Below, one piece after another: positions 27,265-37,659 of a DNA stretch of 64,000 nucleotides. This DNA is from an uncultured Eubacteriales bacterium (GTDB lineage: Bacteria; Bacillota; Clostridia; Oscillospirales; QAKW01): contig CAYRYQ010000003.1 of the NCBI GenBank assembly GCA_964428505.1, positions 803 through 64,802 of the forward strand. Reading direction: 5' to 3'. Positions within the stretch are counted from its first letter, which is position 1, and every line of letters starts with the position of its first letter. Below the pieces are notes generated by a model. It did no database searches. It saw only the letters and a list, made by a program, of their open reading frames with translations, and was not told where the DNA came from. The translations under genes were made by a program, and so were the position numbers.

Positions 27265-28134
27265 TTACTTCATTTTGTTTCTTCTTTTTACATTGCGGTA
27301 CTGGGCGGGCGTACACCCCATCTGCGCCCGGAAGGCCCGATAAAAGGCGGCGCGGTTGCCGAATCCCGCTTTTTCGGCAATGGCCTCGGCGGATAATGCC
27401 GTTTCCCTTAACAGGCTGCATGCCCGCTCCACGCGGATTTGCAGCAAAAAAGCCGTCAGGGTCTGCCCGTAATGCTCTTTAAACAGCCGGCTGAAATAGG
27501 TCGGGTTATAGAAGCACTGCCGGGCCAGCGATTCCAGCGTCATTTTTTCCGCGCAGTGTTCCTTCAGATACTGCAAAAATTCCGGCGTCAGCCGCACCGG
27601 TATGCCGTCTTGATTATCCACCGCCATTTTGCGAAAAATAAGGGTCAGCAAAATATTGACCTGCGCCTTTAAAATGGTTTCGCTTCCCCGCTTGCGCTCC
27701 CGGAATTCCTCTTCCATGGCGCCGATCAGCTCCTCGATCCGGGCGCGGTCCTCGCCTGAAAACAGCACCAGCGGATACTCCTGATCGATCTCGCGCTGAA
27801 ATTCGGAAAATGCCGAAAGGCTCAGCAGCTCAAACGCATTGTCCGGCCCGATCAGCTTTTCGCTGATCCATGCGGGATCCAGCAGGATATTAAAAAACGC
27901 CATACTCTCCTGCGTTTCAAAAAAATGCTCCTGCCGATAGTTGATCAATAACAGAGCGCCCCGGTGCACCTGGTAGCGCCGCCCGCCGATGCCGTGAACC
28001 CCCGCACCGTCCGCAATATAGACCAGCTCAATAAACTGATGCACATGCGGCGGCTGATTGTGCTGCATCCGGTGCCGCCGGACGCTCAGCCCCAGCTCTT
28101 CTGTAAACACATCCTGCTTCCGGTAAATCCGCAT
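27265..28134 (-). CDS. AraC family transcriptional regulator
   Basis: 289 aa from ATG 28134 (MRIYRKQDVF) with GAAGGAG RBS. Cupin-like N-terminus and C-terminal double HTH (LESLARQCFYNPTYFSRLFKEHYGQT ... IAEKAGFGNRAAFYRAFRAQMGCTPAQY). Confidence 0.9.
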   Translation of the reverse strand: MRIYRKQDVFTEELGLSVRRHRMQHNQPPHVHQFIELVYIADGAGVHGIGGRRYQVHRGALLLINYRQEHFFETQESMAFFNILLDPAWISEKLIGPDNAFELLSLSAFSEFQREIDQEYPLVLFSGEDRARIEELIGAMEEEFRERKRGSETILKAQVNILLTLIFRKMAVDNQDGIPVRLTPEFLQYLKEHCAEKMTLESLARQCFYNPTYFSRLFKEHYGQTLTAFLLQIRVERACSLLRETALSAEAIAEKAGFGNRAAFYRAFRAQMGCTPAQYRNVKRRNKMK

Positions 28135-28145
28135 CCCGATCTCCT

Positions 28146-30044
28146 TCAAAGCTCCGGTCCACCGGAAGTGTTAAGCGCCCGGCCTTCCTGCCGGCGCTGC
28201 TCATAATCATCCAGCGCATAGCGGAACTGGGTCTCATAAAGCTTGCGGTATACCCCTTCTTTTTCCACCAGCGCGCTGTGCTTTCCCCGTTCCACAATTT
28301 TGCCGTGTTCCATCACTAGAATTTCATCCGCCGCCAGAATCGTGGTCAGCCGGTGCGCGATCACCAGTGCGGTCCGCCCGGTCAGCAGCGGGGAAATTGC
28401 CTGCTGGATCAGGGTTTCGGAAATGGAATCCAGCGAGGAGGTGGCCTCATCCAGAATCAGGATTTTCGGATCCTTCAGAATTGCCCGGGCGATGGAAATG
28501 CGCTGCTTTTCTCCGCCGGATAGCTTGAAGCCGCGGTTTCCCACCTCGGTGTCATACCCATCTGGAAGGCTCGTGATCAGATCATGAATATGGGCCTTTT
28601 GGCACGCGCTGATCAGTTCCTCCTCCGTGGCTCCTTCCTTGGCGTAGAGCAGATTGGCGCGCACTGTATCGTTGAAAAGATAGGTTTCCTGCGTCACCAT
28701 GGCGATCTGCCGCCGCAGCGCGTAAAGATCCCACCGGCGCACATCCACGCCATCCACCAAAACAGCACCCTCTGTCACATCATAAAGCCGCGGGATCAGG
28801 TTCACCAGCGTGCTCTTTCCGGCGCCGCTGGTGCCCACAATCGCCACCATCCGGCCCTGCGGCACCTGAAAATGAACCGCACGCAATAAGGGCTGCTCCG
28901 CGGAATAGCAAAAAGAAACCTGCTCAAACGCAAGATCGCCCCGCACCTCCTTTGGCTGGTAGCCGTTCTTGGGGCTCTCCACCTCCGGCTTTAAATCAAA
29001 ATAGAGGAAGATTCTGGAAAAGAGCGCCATGGAACGGATCAGATCCACATGGATGTTCAGCAGATCATCCACCGGATTATATAATTTGTTGATCAACGTG
29101 ACCATCACCGTCACATCGCCCACCGTCAGGTCCATTGCGCCGTGCCGCACCATCACCAGCCCGCCGACCACATAAATCAGCAGCGGCCCCATATTCCGCA
29201 GCACATTCAGCCCCCGCCAGAACCACATGCCCGCCAGGCGCTCCCTGATCGCAAGCTTTGTGGCTTTTAAATTCACCGCGCGGAAGTTTTCGTATTCCCG
29301 CTGCTCTCTCGTAAAAAGTTTCACCAGCAGCTGCCCGCTGACGCTTAAGGTTTCGTTCAGGATCTGATTGGAGCGGTCCCGCTGCGTCTGGGTTGCATCG
29401 GCAATTTCCCAGCGGCGCTTGCCCACAAGACGGGTTGGCAGCACCAAAAAGGGCACCACCGCCACGCCCACCAGCGCCAGAATCCAGTTCCTTTGAAAAA
29501 GGGTCACCAGCACGATCAGCACGGTGATCAGATCGCTGAACAGGTTGACCATGGTGGTGGACAGCACCGCCTGCACGCCGCCGATATCCTCTGTCATCCG
29601 GGTGATGATTTCCCCCTGCTGATTGGAGGTGAAAAACCGATGCCCCATCTTCTGCATATGCGCATACATCTGATTGCGCATATCATAAGTAACATATTGG
29701 CCGACGCGGGTGGTGAGCAGCACCTGCCCCACCGTGACCAGATTGGAGGCCACCAGCACCGCAAGCGACCAAAACGCCAGCCGCAGCAACACCTGCATGT
29801 TTTTTCCATAAAGACCCAGATCGATCATTTTCCCGGTCAGAATCGAGGGCAGTACGCCCAAAATCCCCGCCGCGATCAGACAAAGCAAAGCCAGCCCCAA
29901 CTGCAGCCGATACGGAACCAGATAGGTGAGTACCCGTTTAAAAAGCGGCCAGGTCAGTTTGGGGCTGTTCTTTTTTTCTTCCTCGGTCAGTGCGCGGCGG
30001 GGTCCGCGCCGCGCACCGGGGGGAGGGGGAGACATTGTCGGCAT
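28146..30044 (-). CDS. ABC exporter, fused permease/ATPase (MsbA/type-1 exporter-like)
   Basis: 632 aa. Six-TM domain, Walker A GTSGAGKST, signature LSGGEKQR, Walker B ILILDEATS. Confidence 0.92.
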   Translation of the reverse strand: MPTMSPPPPGARRGPRRALTEEEKKNSPKLTWPLFKRVLTYLVPYRLQLGLALLCLIAAGILGVLPSILTGKMIDLGLYGKNMQVLLRLAFWSLAVLVASNLVTVGQVLLTTRVGQYVTYDMRNQMYAHMQKMGHRFFTSNQQGEIITRMTEDIGGVQAVLSTTMVNLFSDLITVLIVLVTLFQRNWILALVGVAVVPFLVLPTRLVGKRRWEIADATQTQRDRSNQILNETLSVSGQLLVKLFTREQREYENFRAVNLKATKLAIRERLAGMWFWRGLNVLRNMGPLLIYVVGGLVMVRHGAMDLTVGDVTVMVTLINKLYNPVDDLLNIHVDLIRSMALFSRIFLYFDLKPEVESPKNGYQPKEVRGDLAFEQVSFCYSAEQPLLRAVHFQVPQGRMVAIVGTSGAGKSTLVNLIPRLYDVTEGAVLVDGVDVRRWDLYALRRQIAMVTQETYLFNDTVRANLLYAKEGATEEELISACQKAHIHDLITSLPDGYDTEVGNRGFKLSGGEKQRISIARAILKDPKILILDEATSSLDSISETLIQQAISPLLTGRTALVIAHRLTTILAADEILVMEHGKIVERGKHSALVEKEGVYRKLYETQFRYALDDYEQRRQEGRALNTSGGPEL

Positions 30045-30055
30045 ACCATCATCTC

Positions 30056-30577
30056 CTACTGTATTTTGGTCACCAGCAGCTGCTGGTCCGTCAGATAATC
30101 GTAAAGGGCGGTATTGGCCCGGGGATCTTCCCCGGCGCCGTATTGACGGTCGTAAACAATGGCAAACACCGCTCCGCTCTCATCCTCAATATAGGGATTC
30201 CTTACCGCGGTGGTGCCGCTTCCGGGCTTAAAGCCGCCGGCATAGAGAATCCGGCTCCCTAAGGTCAGCACAAAGGCGTCGCCCGCCTGCGCCTGAAAGA
30301 GCGCGCTGCCGCCGTCGCCCGCGTTGCCCAAAGCGCCCACCGCCTGCAGCTGCACTTGCTGCGTGGGCCAGAGCCAGCCCTTGAGATCGGCGCCGGTAAA
30401 CGCCACTCTTCCCTTCTTTTTGGCCGCGGCCAGCAGCTGGGCGTCGGTCATCTCCGCATGAATCGCACTGCCGCTGACCACATAAAATTTTAAATCCTCT
30501 TTGGTTTTGGCGCAGCTGCAAAGAGTTCCCAGCAGAAGCACCAGCAGCACTGCTGCCATTCTCTGTTTCCTTTTCAT
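30056..30577 (-). CDS. Lipoprotein of unknown function
   Basis: 173 aa. Signal peptide and lipobox MKRKQRMAAVLLVLLLGTLCSC. ATGA overlap with the upstream lipoprotein gene. Confidence 0.75.
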   Translation of the reverse strand: MKRKQRMAAVLLVLLLGTLCSCAKTKEDLKFYVVSGSAIHAEMTDAQLLAAAKKKGRVAFTGADLKGWLWPTQQVQLQAVGALGNAGDGGSALFQAQAGDAFVLTLGSRILYAGGFKPGSGTTAVRNPYIEDESGAVFAIVYDRQYGAGEDPRANTALYDYLTDQQLLVTKIQ

Positions 30578-31611
30578 GACCTTAGCGTCTGGCTTTCCAG
30601 CGTACCGTCTGCCCTTTGCAGCACGGCAGAGGCAAGACCGCTGTGCCCTTGCCCGAAATCAAAGTAGAGCACCGCTCCGTCTGAGAGCTGGTAGGCGTCC
30701 CGATAAGCGGACGCGCTTCCCTCATACCAGTCCGGTTCCCCGAACTGACGGTAAAGATCCGAAGGCTTCATGTCGGCCCGCAGATTCCGGAAAAGGTTGC
30801 TGGTTCTGGCCGGCCGGCTGAAAGCGGCGGGTTTTGTTTCCGCACCCCAGCTGCCAAGATAGGCGGATACTGTGGTTCCGCTCTTTTTCTGCACCGCGCG
30901 GAGGGTATCTCTTGCGTATCCGTAATCCAGATAAAGCGTGCTGCCATCCTCCATCGCATAAATGTCAATGATATAGCTGTCTTTTGCAAAGGTCACCGCA
31001 CTGAAGCTGTTGGGTTTGCCCACTGCAGCCACCACCGTGTCCCGGCTGGCCCCCACCTTCAGAATCTGCTCCATTAAGCTGTAGCTGTATTTCTGTGTGG
31101 AGAAAAAGCTGCCGCCGGTTGCGGCGGTCTGCCCGCCGGCCGCCCCCTCCGACACCGTGCCGGTGCCCGGTTCCGTTCCGCCGGTCGCTGTTCCGCCGGT
31201 TTCTCCGGTGGTTTTCCCGGGACTGGTATAGCTTTTTAAAATACCGATGCTGACCAGATAGGAAAACAAATCCCATTCCTTGCCTGCCGCATCCACATAC
31301 GCAGCGGTCTTAACCACCGCGCGGTCATCATAGCTGAGCGTCAGGGTCGCACCGTCCTGCAGTCGGTAGGTGAAGCTGTTCCCATTTGAGATCAGATAAG
31401 ACTGTGGGCTTCCCAAGGCGGAAAGCACCTCGCTTTTTTCGGTATTGACCGTAAAGAAATAGAGATCCTGCTCCATCAGGGCGCTCTTCTGCGTCACCCC
31501 ATAGCCGGTTCCGGCACTTTCCTCCCGCGGATAGGGATCCCGTTTCTTTTTACAAGCAGGCATACTGAACAGGCACGCGGCCAGCAGCAGCATCCCGATG
31601 ATCCTTTTCAT
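30574..31611 (-). CDS. Lipoprotein with three internal repeats, unknown function
   Basis: 345 aa from MKRIIGMLLLAACLFSMPAC. Gly/Thr-rich linker. Three copies of G-x-P ... Y-x-x-x-DG-x-x-L-x-x-x-(Y/F). Its ATG overlaps the ribF stop (ATGA). Confidence 0.75.
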   Translation of the reverse strand: MKRIIGMLLLAACLFSMPACKKKRDPYPREESAGTGYGVTQKSALMEQDLYFFTVNTEKSEVLSALGSPQSYLISNGNSFTYRLQDGATLTLSYDDRAVVKTAAYVDAAGKEWDLFSYLVSIGILKSYTSPGKTTGETGGTATGGTEPGTGTVSEGAAGGQTAATGGSFFSTQKYSYSLMEQILKVGASRDTVVAAVGKPNSFSAVTFAKDSYIIDIYAMEDGSTLYLDYGYARDTLRAVQKKSGTTVSAYLGSWGAETKPAAFSRPARTSNLFRNLRADMKPSDLYRQFGEPDWYEGSASAYRDAYQLSDGAVLYFDFGQGHSGLASAVLQRADGTLESQTLRS

Positions 31612-32471
31612 TTGATCGTCTCCAATCGTGCGCGGCACCCTGCCGCATCGTTTTTCATCTGCGCAAACAGCTGTTCCTCATCCTGAAAGCGGATTTCCTT
31701 GCGCAGATACGATTTTAATTCCACCCGGATCGGCTGTCCGTAAAGATCCACATCTGCACCCAGCAGGTGCGCTTCCAGATTGGGAACCCCATCTGTATCC
31801 ACCGTAGGGCGCACCCCGATATTGACCGCCGCCGAATAGCGCGTATTGCCGGTGTGCACAAAGGCGGCATAAACGCCGAACGGCGGCAGCAGCTGCTGCT
31901 CCGGGATAGACAAATTCACCGTTGGCAATCCATATTGCCGCGCCAGCCCTTTCCCGTGGCCCACCGTGCCCATCAGGCAAAAAGGATGGCCCATCCGCTC
32001 CTCCGCCCATTCCAGGTTTCCGTCTTCGATCTCCCGACGGATCCCGGAGGAGCTGATGCGGAGATCCTCTGCAGTCAGGCTTTGCAGCTTTTGAACCGCA
32101 ATGCCGCGGCTGATCAGCGTGAATTCATTCCCGGCACGGTCTTTGCCGAAATGAAAATCCTGCCCGCTGACCAGGCCGACCACGCTCCATTCTTCCTTCA
32201 GAAAATGGTCGGTGAATTCCTCCGCAGGGCGCTCCTTAAACCGGGCAAAGGAAAGCGTCTGCCAGCACTCCACGCCGTACTGCCGGAAATAATAAGCTTT
32301 TACCGCGTCGCCGGTAATGACCTTCTGCCCTTTGGTGTTCTGATCAAAAGTGAAAATCATCGGTTCCGCATGCAGGGAGGCCGCCCAGGCAGTCAGCTGC
32401 TTCAGCACCGCCTGGTGCCCCAGATGAACCCCGTCAAAATCTCCGATTGTAATTACGCGGTTTTTGGTCAT
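31608..32471 (-). CDS. ribF: Bifunctional riboflavin kinase / FMN adenylyltransferase
   Basis: 287 aa. IGDFDGVHLGHQAVL N-terminus and the riboflavin kinase C-terminal half. Confidence 0.9.
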   Translation of the reverse strand: MTKNRVITIGDFDGVHLGHQAVLKQLTAWAASLHAEPMIFTFDQNTKGQKVITGDAVKAYYFRQYGVECWQTLSFARFKERPAEEFTDHFLKEEWSVVGLVSGQDFHFGKDRAGNEFTLISRGIAVQKLQSLTAEDLRISSSGIRREIEDGNLEWAEERMGHPFCLMGTVGHGKGLARQYGLPTVNLSIPEQQLLPPFGVYAAFVHTGNTRYSAAVNIGVRPTVDTDGVPNLEAHLLGADVDLYGQPIRVELKSYLRKEIRFQDEEQLFAQMKNDAAGCRARLETIK

Positions 32472-33352
32472 AAATGTGTCACGACTTTAAAAAAAGTCTC
32501 TCCGTCCTTCTCTTCTGTATTTCCAAGCCCCACCAGCTTCTGCCGGTGGTAAACGGTGCAAAGCCCCGCGGGAAGTCCGCCGAGTTTTATTATGGATACC
32601 GCGCAGCCATTTTGCAGCAGCTGACCGAAAAAATCGGTCGGCCGGTAACAGGGCAGCGCCTCCAGCACTTCTTCCAGCGTGCGCCAGCCCCCGGTCGGCG
32701 TTCCCCGCTCCAACGCGGCCATCAATTCTTCCAAAGGTACTGCCTCCGCCACAGAGAACCTCCCCACGCAGGTACGCCGGAGCGCCGTCATGGTGCCCAC
32801 CGTGCCGAGCGCGCGGGCAAGATCCGAAAAAAGCGTTCGGATATAAGTGCCCTTGGAACAATCCACCTCGAAAACCGCTTCCCCTTTTTCCTGGTCAAAG
32901 GAAAGCAGCCGGAGCCCCCGGATTTGCACCTTGCGTTCCGGCGCGGTCACCGCCTGCCCGGCCCTGGCTCTGCGATAAAGAGGAACGCCGTTCACCTTGA
33001 TCGCGGAATATGCCGGCGGCGTCTGGGTGATCTGCCCGGTAAAGCGCGGCAGCACCGCCAGGATTTCCCGCTCCCCGAAAGACCAGGGCTGCTGCTCCAA
33101 AAAAGTGCCGGTGCTGTCCTCCGTGTCGGTCCGTACTCCGAAACGCAAAGTTCCCTGATAGCTTTTTTCTCCGGCTGTCAGAAAATCACAAAGCTTGGTG
33201 GCTTTTCCCACCATGATCGGCAGAAGACCGGTCGCCAAAGGATCCAGCGTTCCGCTATGGCCGCATTTTTCGTTTGTCAGCCGCCTCAAACGCGCCACCA
33301 CACCGAAAGAGGTCATATCCGTCGGTTTATCTACTAAAAAGACCCCGTTCAA
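32468..33352 (-). CDS. truB: tRNA pseudouridine(55) synthase
   Basis: 294 aa. GVFLVDKPTDMTSFGVV, GHSGTLDPLATGLLPI. Confidence 0.93.
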   Translation of the reverse strand: MNGVFLVDKPTDMTSFGVVARLRRLTNEKCGHSGTLDPLATGLLPIMVGKATKLCDFLTAGEKSYQGTLRFGVRTDTEDSTGTFLEQQPWSFGEREILAVLPRFTGQITQTPPAYSAIKVNGVPLYRRARAGQAVTAPERKVQIRGLRLLSFDQEKGEAVFEVDCSKGTYIRTLFSDLARALGTVGTMTALRRTCVGRFSVAEAVPLEELMAALERGTPTGGWRTLEEVLEALPCYRPTDFFGQLLQNGCAVSIIKLGGLPAGLCTVYHRQKLVGLGNTEEKDGETFFKVVTHL

Positions 33353-34317
33353 TCTGCCACCCCCAGCGCTTCCAGCAGCGCGCGTATCATCTGCCGCTCC
33401 GCCTTTTCATAGGTGCCGTTCATGGAGCAGCCGGCCGCCATTTTATGTCCGCCGCCGCCGAAAAGCGCGCAGATTTTTCCGCCGTCCACGGTTCCGTTGG
33501 TCCGCAAGGATACCCGGTGCTGGTCCGGCTCCCCCTCTTTAAAGGTTGCGGCGACCACCGCGCCCTCCAGCTGAATCGGAATGGAGGAAATGGTTTCCAG
33601 CTCATCCGCACCGGCGCCGCTTTTCTGCATCATATCCCGCGAGATCCGCATGGTCACGATGCGGTTGTTTCCATAAAAACGCAGGGTTTCCATCGCGAGG
33701 CGGGTGATTTCCAGCTCTGCCCGGCTTTTGGTCTGAAACAGCCGGCGATTGACCGCCGTCAGATCAAAACCGGTCTGAATCAGCGCTGCCGCTCGAAGAT
33801 GGGTTTTCTCGGTCGTGTTTCCGTATTTGAAACAGCCGGTGTCCGTGGCGATCGCGGTATAAAGCGCTTCCGCCGCCTTTTGCGGCAAAACGCCCAGCAG
33901 CTGCGCCAGATCCACCAGAATTTCCCCGGTGGCGCCGGCAGCGGCGTCCACATAATTGCATTTGCCATAAAACGGGTTGGTGGGATGATGGTCAATCACC
34001 AGATCCGCTTCTTCCGCCAGCTTCTGATAATCCCCCGCCAGCTCCGGCGAAGCCATATCGATGCAGACCACCGCTCCGCGCGGGGTGCCCTCCAGCCGCT
34101 CTTGTCCATCGCTCAGATCGCGATAGCGGGGAGAAACCGGATCGGCGCAAAGCACCTGCACGCGCTTTCCGAGCGCTTCAAGACACCGCTTTAACCCGAT
34201 GGCACTGCCAAGCGTATCGCCGTCGGGCCGCACATGCGCAAGCAGGGTCACCTCCTGCTGCGCTTGCAAAAAATCCGCCACTTCCTGCAGGGTGTTATTC
34301 TTCTTCGCCATCTTCAT
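33349..34317 (-). CDS. nrnA: DHH/DHHA1 phosphoesterase (oligoribonuclease / pAp phosphatase NrnA-like)
   Basis: HVRPDGDTLGS, DHH motif (VIDHHP), GGGGH. The start is ambiguous (ATG at 34317 or 34311) and overlaps the rbfA 3' end. Confidence 0.85.
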   Translation of the reverse strand: MKMAKKNNTLQEVADFLQAQQEVTLLAHVRPDGDTLGSAIGLKRCLEALGKRVQVLCADPVSPRYRDLSDGQERLEGTPRGAVVCIDMASPELAGDYQKLAEEADLVIDHHPTNPFYGKCNYVDAAAGATGEILVDLAQLLGVLPQKAAEALYTAIATDTGCFKYGNTTEKTHLRAAALIQTGFDLTAVNRRLFQTKSRAELEITRLAMETLRFYGNNRIVTMRISRDMMQKSGAGADELETISSIPIQLEGAVVAATFKEGEPDQHRVSLRTNGTVDGGKICALFGGGGHKMAAGCSMNGTYEKAERQMIRALLEALGVAD

Positions 34318-34657
34318 CCCTGTCCAATCCCAGCTCATGCAGCTTTTCATTGATCTGCATGCCGTATTTGATGGAGGGATCCGTGTGAAAGCTCAGCTCC
34401 GGTGTAAATCGCAGCTTCAGTCCTCTGGCAAGCGCGCCGCGGATATAGCTGCCCGAAGACTTCAAGCCCCGGAGCATCTCTTTTTCATCCCCTTCAAAGG
34501 CAGATACAAACACCTTGCATTCCTTCAGATCCGCGGTCGTCTCCACCGCCGTGACAGAGATCAGCCGGGGCACCCGCGGATCTTTGACCGTAGGCAAAAT
34601 CTGGGCCAGCTCCCGCCGGATCTCCTCATTCACGCGTTCCATCCGATGTGTTGCCAT
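34295..34657 (-). CDS. rbfA: Ribosome-binding factor A
   Basis: 120 aa from [26 protein letters not shown] overlap with the infB stop. Confidence 0.92.
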   Translation of the reverse strand: MATHRMERVNEEIRRELAQILPTVKDPRVPRLISVTAVETTADLKECKVFVSAFEGDEKEMLRGLKSSGSYIRGALARGLKLRFTPELSFHTDPSIKYGMQINEKLHELGLDRDEDGEEE

Positions 34658-37086
34658 TATTCTTTCATCTCCTGCATTTGATAGGCCTCCACCATATCGC
34701 CTTCCTTCAGATCGTTGAAGTTGTCGATGGTCAGGCCGCACTCAAAGTTTTCCGCCACTTCTTTCACGTCGTCCTTAAACCGTTTCAAAGATCCCAACGT
34801 TCCTTCATAAACCACCACGTTATCCCGGATCAGGCGAACCGACGCGTTGCGCACAAGCTTGCCGTTCTTCACATAGCAGCCGGCCACTGTGCCGATGCCC
34901 GATACTTTGATCGTCTGCCGCACCTCGGCATTGCCCAGCACCACTTCTTTGAATTTGGGTGCCAGCATGCCCTTCATGGCCGCTTCGATCTCTTCGATGC
35001 AATCATAGATCACCCGATACAGCCGGATATCCACCGAAGCCTTTTCGGCAGATAATTTGGCATTGGCGTCCGGACGGATATTAAAGCCGACAATGATGGC
35101 GCCGGAGGCTTCCGCCAGCATCACGTCGCTCTCATTGATGCCGCCCACACCGCTGTGGATCACCCGCACCCGCACTTCCTCGTTGGTCAGCTTCTCCAAA
35201 GAGGCCCTGACCGCTTCTGCAGAGCCCTGCACATCCGCTTTCACGATGATGTTCAGATCCTTCATATTGCCTTCCTGAATTCTGGAAAACAGATCGTCCA
35301 GCGAAACCTTATATTGATTCTGCGCCGCCTGCTTCTGCTCATTTTTCCGCTCATCCGCCAGTGCTTTGGCCAGCCGCTCGTCTTCCACCACAAAGAAGTG
35401 GTCGCCGGCCCGCGGCACTTCCGCCAAACCAATAATTTCCACCGGGGTGGAAGGGCCCGCCGCTTCAATAATGCGGCCCTTATCGTCGGTCATGGCCCGG
35501 ATCTTCCCCACGGCAGTGCCCGCGATCATAGTATCCCCCATATGCAGCGTTCCATTCTGCACCAGCACCGTTGCCACCGAACCGCGGCCCTTATCCAGCC
35601 GCGCTTCGATCACAGCGCCCTTAGCCAGCCGGTTGGGATTGGCCTTGAAAGCCTTGATTTCCGCCACCAGCAGCACCATTTCCAGCAGTTGCTCCAGCCC
35701 CTGCTTCTTCAGCGCGGAAACCGGCACACAGATGGTGTCGCCGCCCCAGGCTTCCGGCACCAGCCCATACTCGGTGAGCTCCTGCATCACCCGGTCGGGG
35801 TTGGCGCCTTCTTTATCGATTTTGTTGATTGCCACAATGATCGGAATTTCAGCGGCCTTGGCGTGATTGATCGCCTCCACCGTCTGCGGCATGATCCCAT
35901 CATCTGCCGCCACCACCAGAATGGCGATATCCGTCACCGAAGCGCCCCGCGCCCGCATCGCTGTAAAAGCGGCGTGGCCCGGCGTATCCAAAAAGGTAAT
36001 ATCCTGCCCGTTGCACTGCACCTTATAGGCGCCGATATGCTGGGTGATGCCGCCCGCTTCTCCGCTCACCACATTGGCGTCGCGGATCGCGTCCAGCAGA
36101 GAGGTTTTGCCGTGATCCACATGGCCCATCACCACCACAACCGGGCAGCGGTCGACCAGCTCTTCTTCCCGGTCCTCCCGGTCATCGATCAGCCGGTCTT
36201 CAATGGAGAGCACCACTTCCTTCTCCACCCGGATATCAAACTCCTCCGCCACCAGATAAGCCGTGTCAAAATCAATCATCTGAGACGCGCTGGCCATGAT
36301 CCCCATGGTCATCAGCTTTTTGACCACCTGCGCCACATTGACCTTCATCCGGAGTGCCAGCTCGCCAACCGCGATCTCATCCGGCACCAGAATCTTCATT
36401 TTAGCTTGCTTTCTTTGCAGTTCGATCCGCTTCAGACGCTCCGCCTCCGTTTCTCTTTTCTTCTTGGCTCCATACGGATTTTGTTTTTGCCAATCCTTCT
36501 TCTTCTGGATTTTCTGTTTAGGGGCTATCACCGTTTTTTTGTTTTCATGGCTGCTTGCAAGATCCATCAGCTTATCGTCGTATTTGCCCAGATTCACATC
36601 GTTCGTCCGGGTGTCCACCACCCGCAGGGTGCGCTCGATATTCTGCACCTGCTTGGGCCCCCGATCCTTTTTCTTTGGCAGCTCCACCGGCTTTACTGCC
36701 GGTTTCGGCGTTTCCGGCTTTGGCGCTTTAGGCGCCTCAGGGGGCACAGGCCCGCCCTTCTTGGGCAGAGGAACCTCCCGCTTTTCTTCCGGTTGCACCC
36801 GGACCGCTTCTTTCTTTTCCTCCGGCGCTGCCGGCGGCACAGGCTTTTTTTCTTCTTTGGCCGGGGCCTGCTCCTTTGGCTGGTTCGCCAGCGCAAAATA
36901 GGCGTCGAAGTTTTCCACCTGATTTTTCTTCGTATAATAGTTAAACAGATAATCCAGCTCACCCTGGGTCAACACCGCCATATGGGTCCGTTCCTTCTCT
37001 TCATAACGGTTGAGAAGCTCCATCACATCGCTGCTCTTGGTCCCAAAGTCTTTTGCGAATTCATGCACTCTGTATTTTTGTTCCAA
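34657..37086 (-). CDS. infB: Translation initiation factor IF-2
   Basis: 809 aa. G domain [25 protein letters not shown]. Confidence 0.97.
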   Translation of the reverse strand: MEQKYRVHEFAKDFGTKSSDVMELLNRYEEKERTHMAVLTQGELDYLFNYYTKKNQVENFDAYFALANQPKEQAPAKEEKKPVPPAAPEEKKEAVRVQPEEKREVPLPKKGGPVPPEAPKAPKPETPKPAVKPVELPKKKDRGPKQVQNIERTLRVVDTRTNDVNLGKYDDKLMDLASSHENKKTVIAPKQKIQKKKDWQKQNPYGAKKKRETEAERLKRIELQRKQAKMKILVPDEIAVGELALRMKVNVAQVVKKLMTMGIMASASQMIDFDTAYLVAEEFDIRVEKEVVLSIEDRLIDDREDREEELVDRCPVVVVMGHVDHGKTSLLDAIRDANVVSGEAGGITQHIGAYKVQCNGQDITFLDTPGHAAFTAMRARGASVTDIAILVVAADDGIMPQTVEAINHAKAAEIPIIVAINKIDKEGANPDRVMQELTEYGLVPEAWGGDTICVPVSALKKQGLEQLLEMVLLVAEIKAFKANPNRLAKGAVIEARLDKGRGSVATVLVQNGTLHMGDTMIAGTAVGKIRAMTDDKGRIIEAAGPSTPVEIIGLAEVPRAGDHFFVVEDERLAKALADERKNEQKQAAQNQYKVSLDDLFSRIQEGNMKDLNIIVKADVQGSAEAVRASLEKLTNEEVRVRVIHSGVGGINESDVMLAEASGAIIVGFNIRPDANAKLSAEKASVDIRLYRVIYDCIEEIEAAMKGMLAPKFKEVVLGNAEVRQTIKVSGIGTVAGCYVKNGKLVRNASVRLIRDNVVVYEGTLGSLKRFKDDVKEVAENFECGLTIDNFNDLKEGDMVEAYQMQEMKE

Positions 37087-37087
37087 A

Positions 37088-37390
37088 TTATTTACCCCCT
37101 TCGATACACGTTGTCAGGCTGCCGGCAAAGCCGCGATCAATCACGCCGATGATCCCAACCGGTTTGGTGCCGATGCTGACGCCCAAAGCTGCCATTGTAT
37201 ATGGGATTTCAAGCACAGAAACCCCTGCTCTTTGCGCTGCCGCTTTCACATCCTTCCGGCTGCGCGGCGCACATTCTTCCGAAAGGAAAACCACTGCGGT
37301 TTTTTCCATCCCTGCCAACACCATATCATAGCCGTAATGAATTTTTCCGGCTCTGCGGGCGAGGCCCAGGGTCGTTAAAAATCGATTCAC
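37088..37390 (-). CDS. ylxQ: L7Ae-family RNA-binding protein YlxQ
   Basis: 100 aa from GTG 37390, which overlaps the ylxR TGA (GTGA). (M)[24 protein letters not shown]. The 191-aa track ORF is an upstream over-extension across ylxR. Confidence 0.8.
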   Translation of the reverse strand: MNRFLTTLGLARRAGKIHYGYDMVLAGMEKTAVVFLSEECAPRSRKDVKAAAQRAGVSVLEIPYTMAALGVSIGTKPVGIIGVIDRGFAGSLTTCIEGGK

Positions 37391-37656
37391 TGCCGCATCA
37401 GCTCCTCTTCCAGCTGCTGATAGACAGCCTCCTCCACGGTGCGGCCGAATGCCCGGTCCAACGCCTTTGTTTTTAAAAGCTTTGCCCGGCAGCCCGTCTC
37501 TTTGCAAAGATAGGCGCCGCGCCCCGGCGCCTTTCCGGTGCGATCCAAAGAGATCGCGCCTTCCTTGTTCATCACCACCCGCACCAGTTCTTTCTTGGGC
37601 TTCATTTCGCGGCAGCACAGGCACATCCGCATGGGCACTTTTTTCTCTTTTGCCAA
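37387..37656 (-). CDS. ylxR: YlxR/DUF448 RNA-binding protein
   Basis: 89 aa. PMRMCLCCREMKPKKELVRVV ... GRGAYLC. Confidence 0.9.
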   Translation of the reverse strand: MAKEKKVPMRMCLCCREMKPKKELVRVVMNKEGAISLDRTGKAPGRGAYLCKETGCRAKLLKTKALDRAFGRTVEEAVYQQLEEELMRQ

Positions 37657-37659
37657 AGA

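Noticed and set aside
31608-32475. Possible FMN riboswitch associated with ribF
   Set aside because: ribF overlaps truB by 4 nt and has no leader of its own. FMN elements usually precede rib biosynthesis or transporter genes rather than ribF.
35155-37152. 665-aa plus-strand ORF, among the longest in the track
   Set aside because: It lies entirely antisense to infB, whose product has unmistakable IF-2 motifs. Its translation is low-complexity and rich in Arg, His, Leu and Pro, as expected of shadow ORFs in high-GC DNA.
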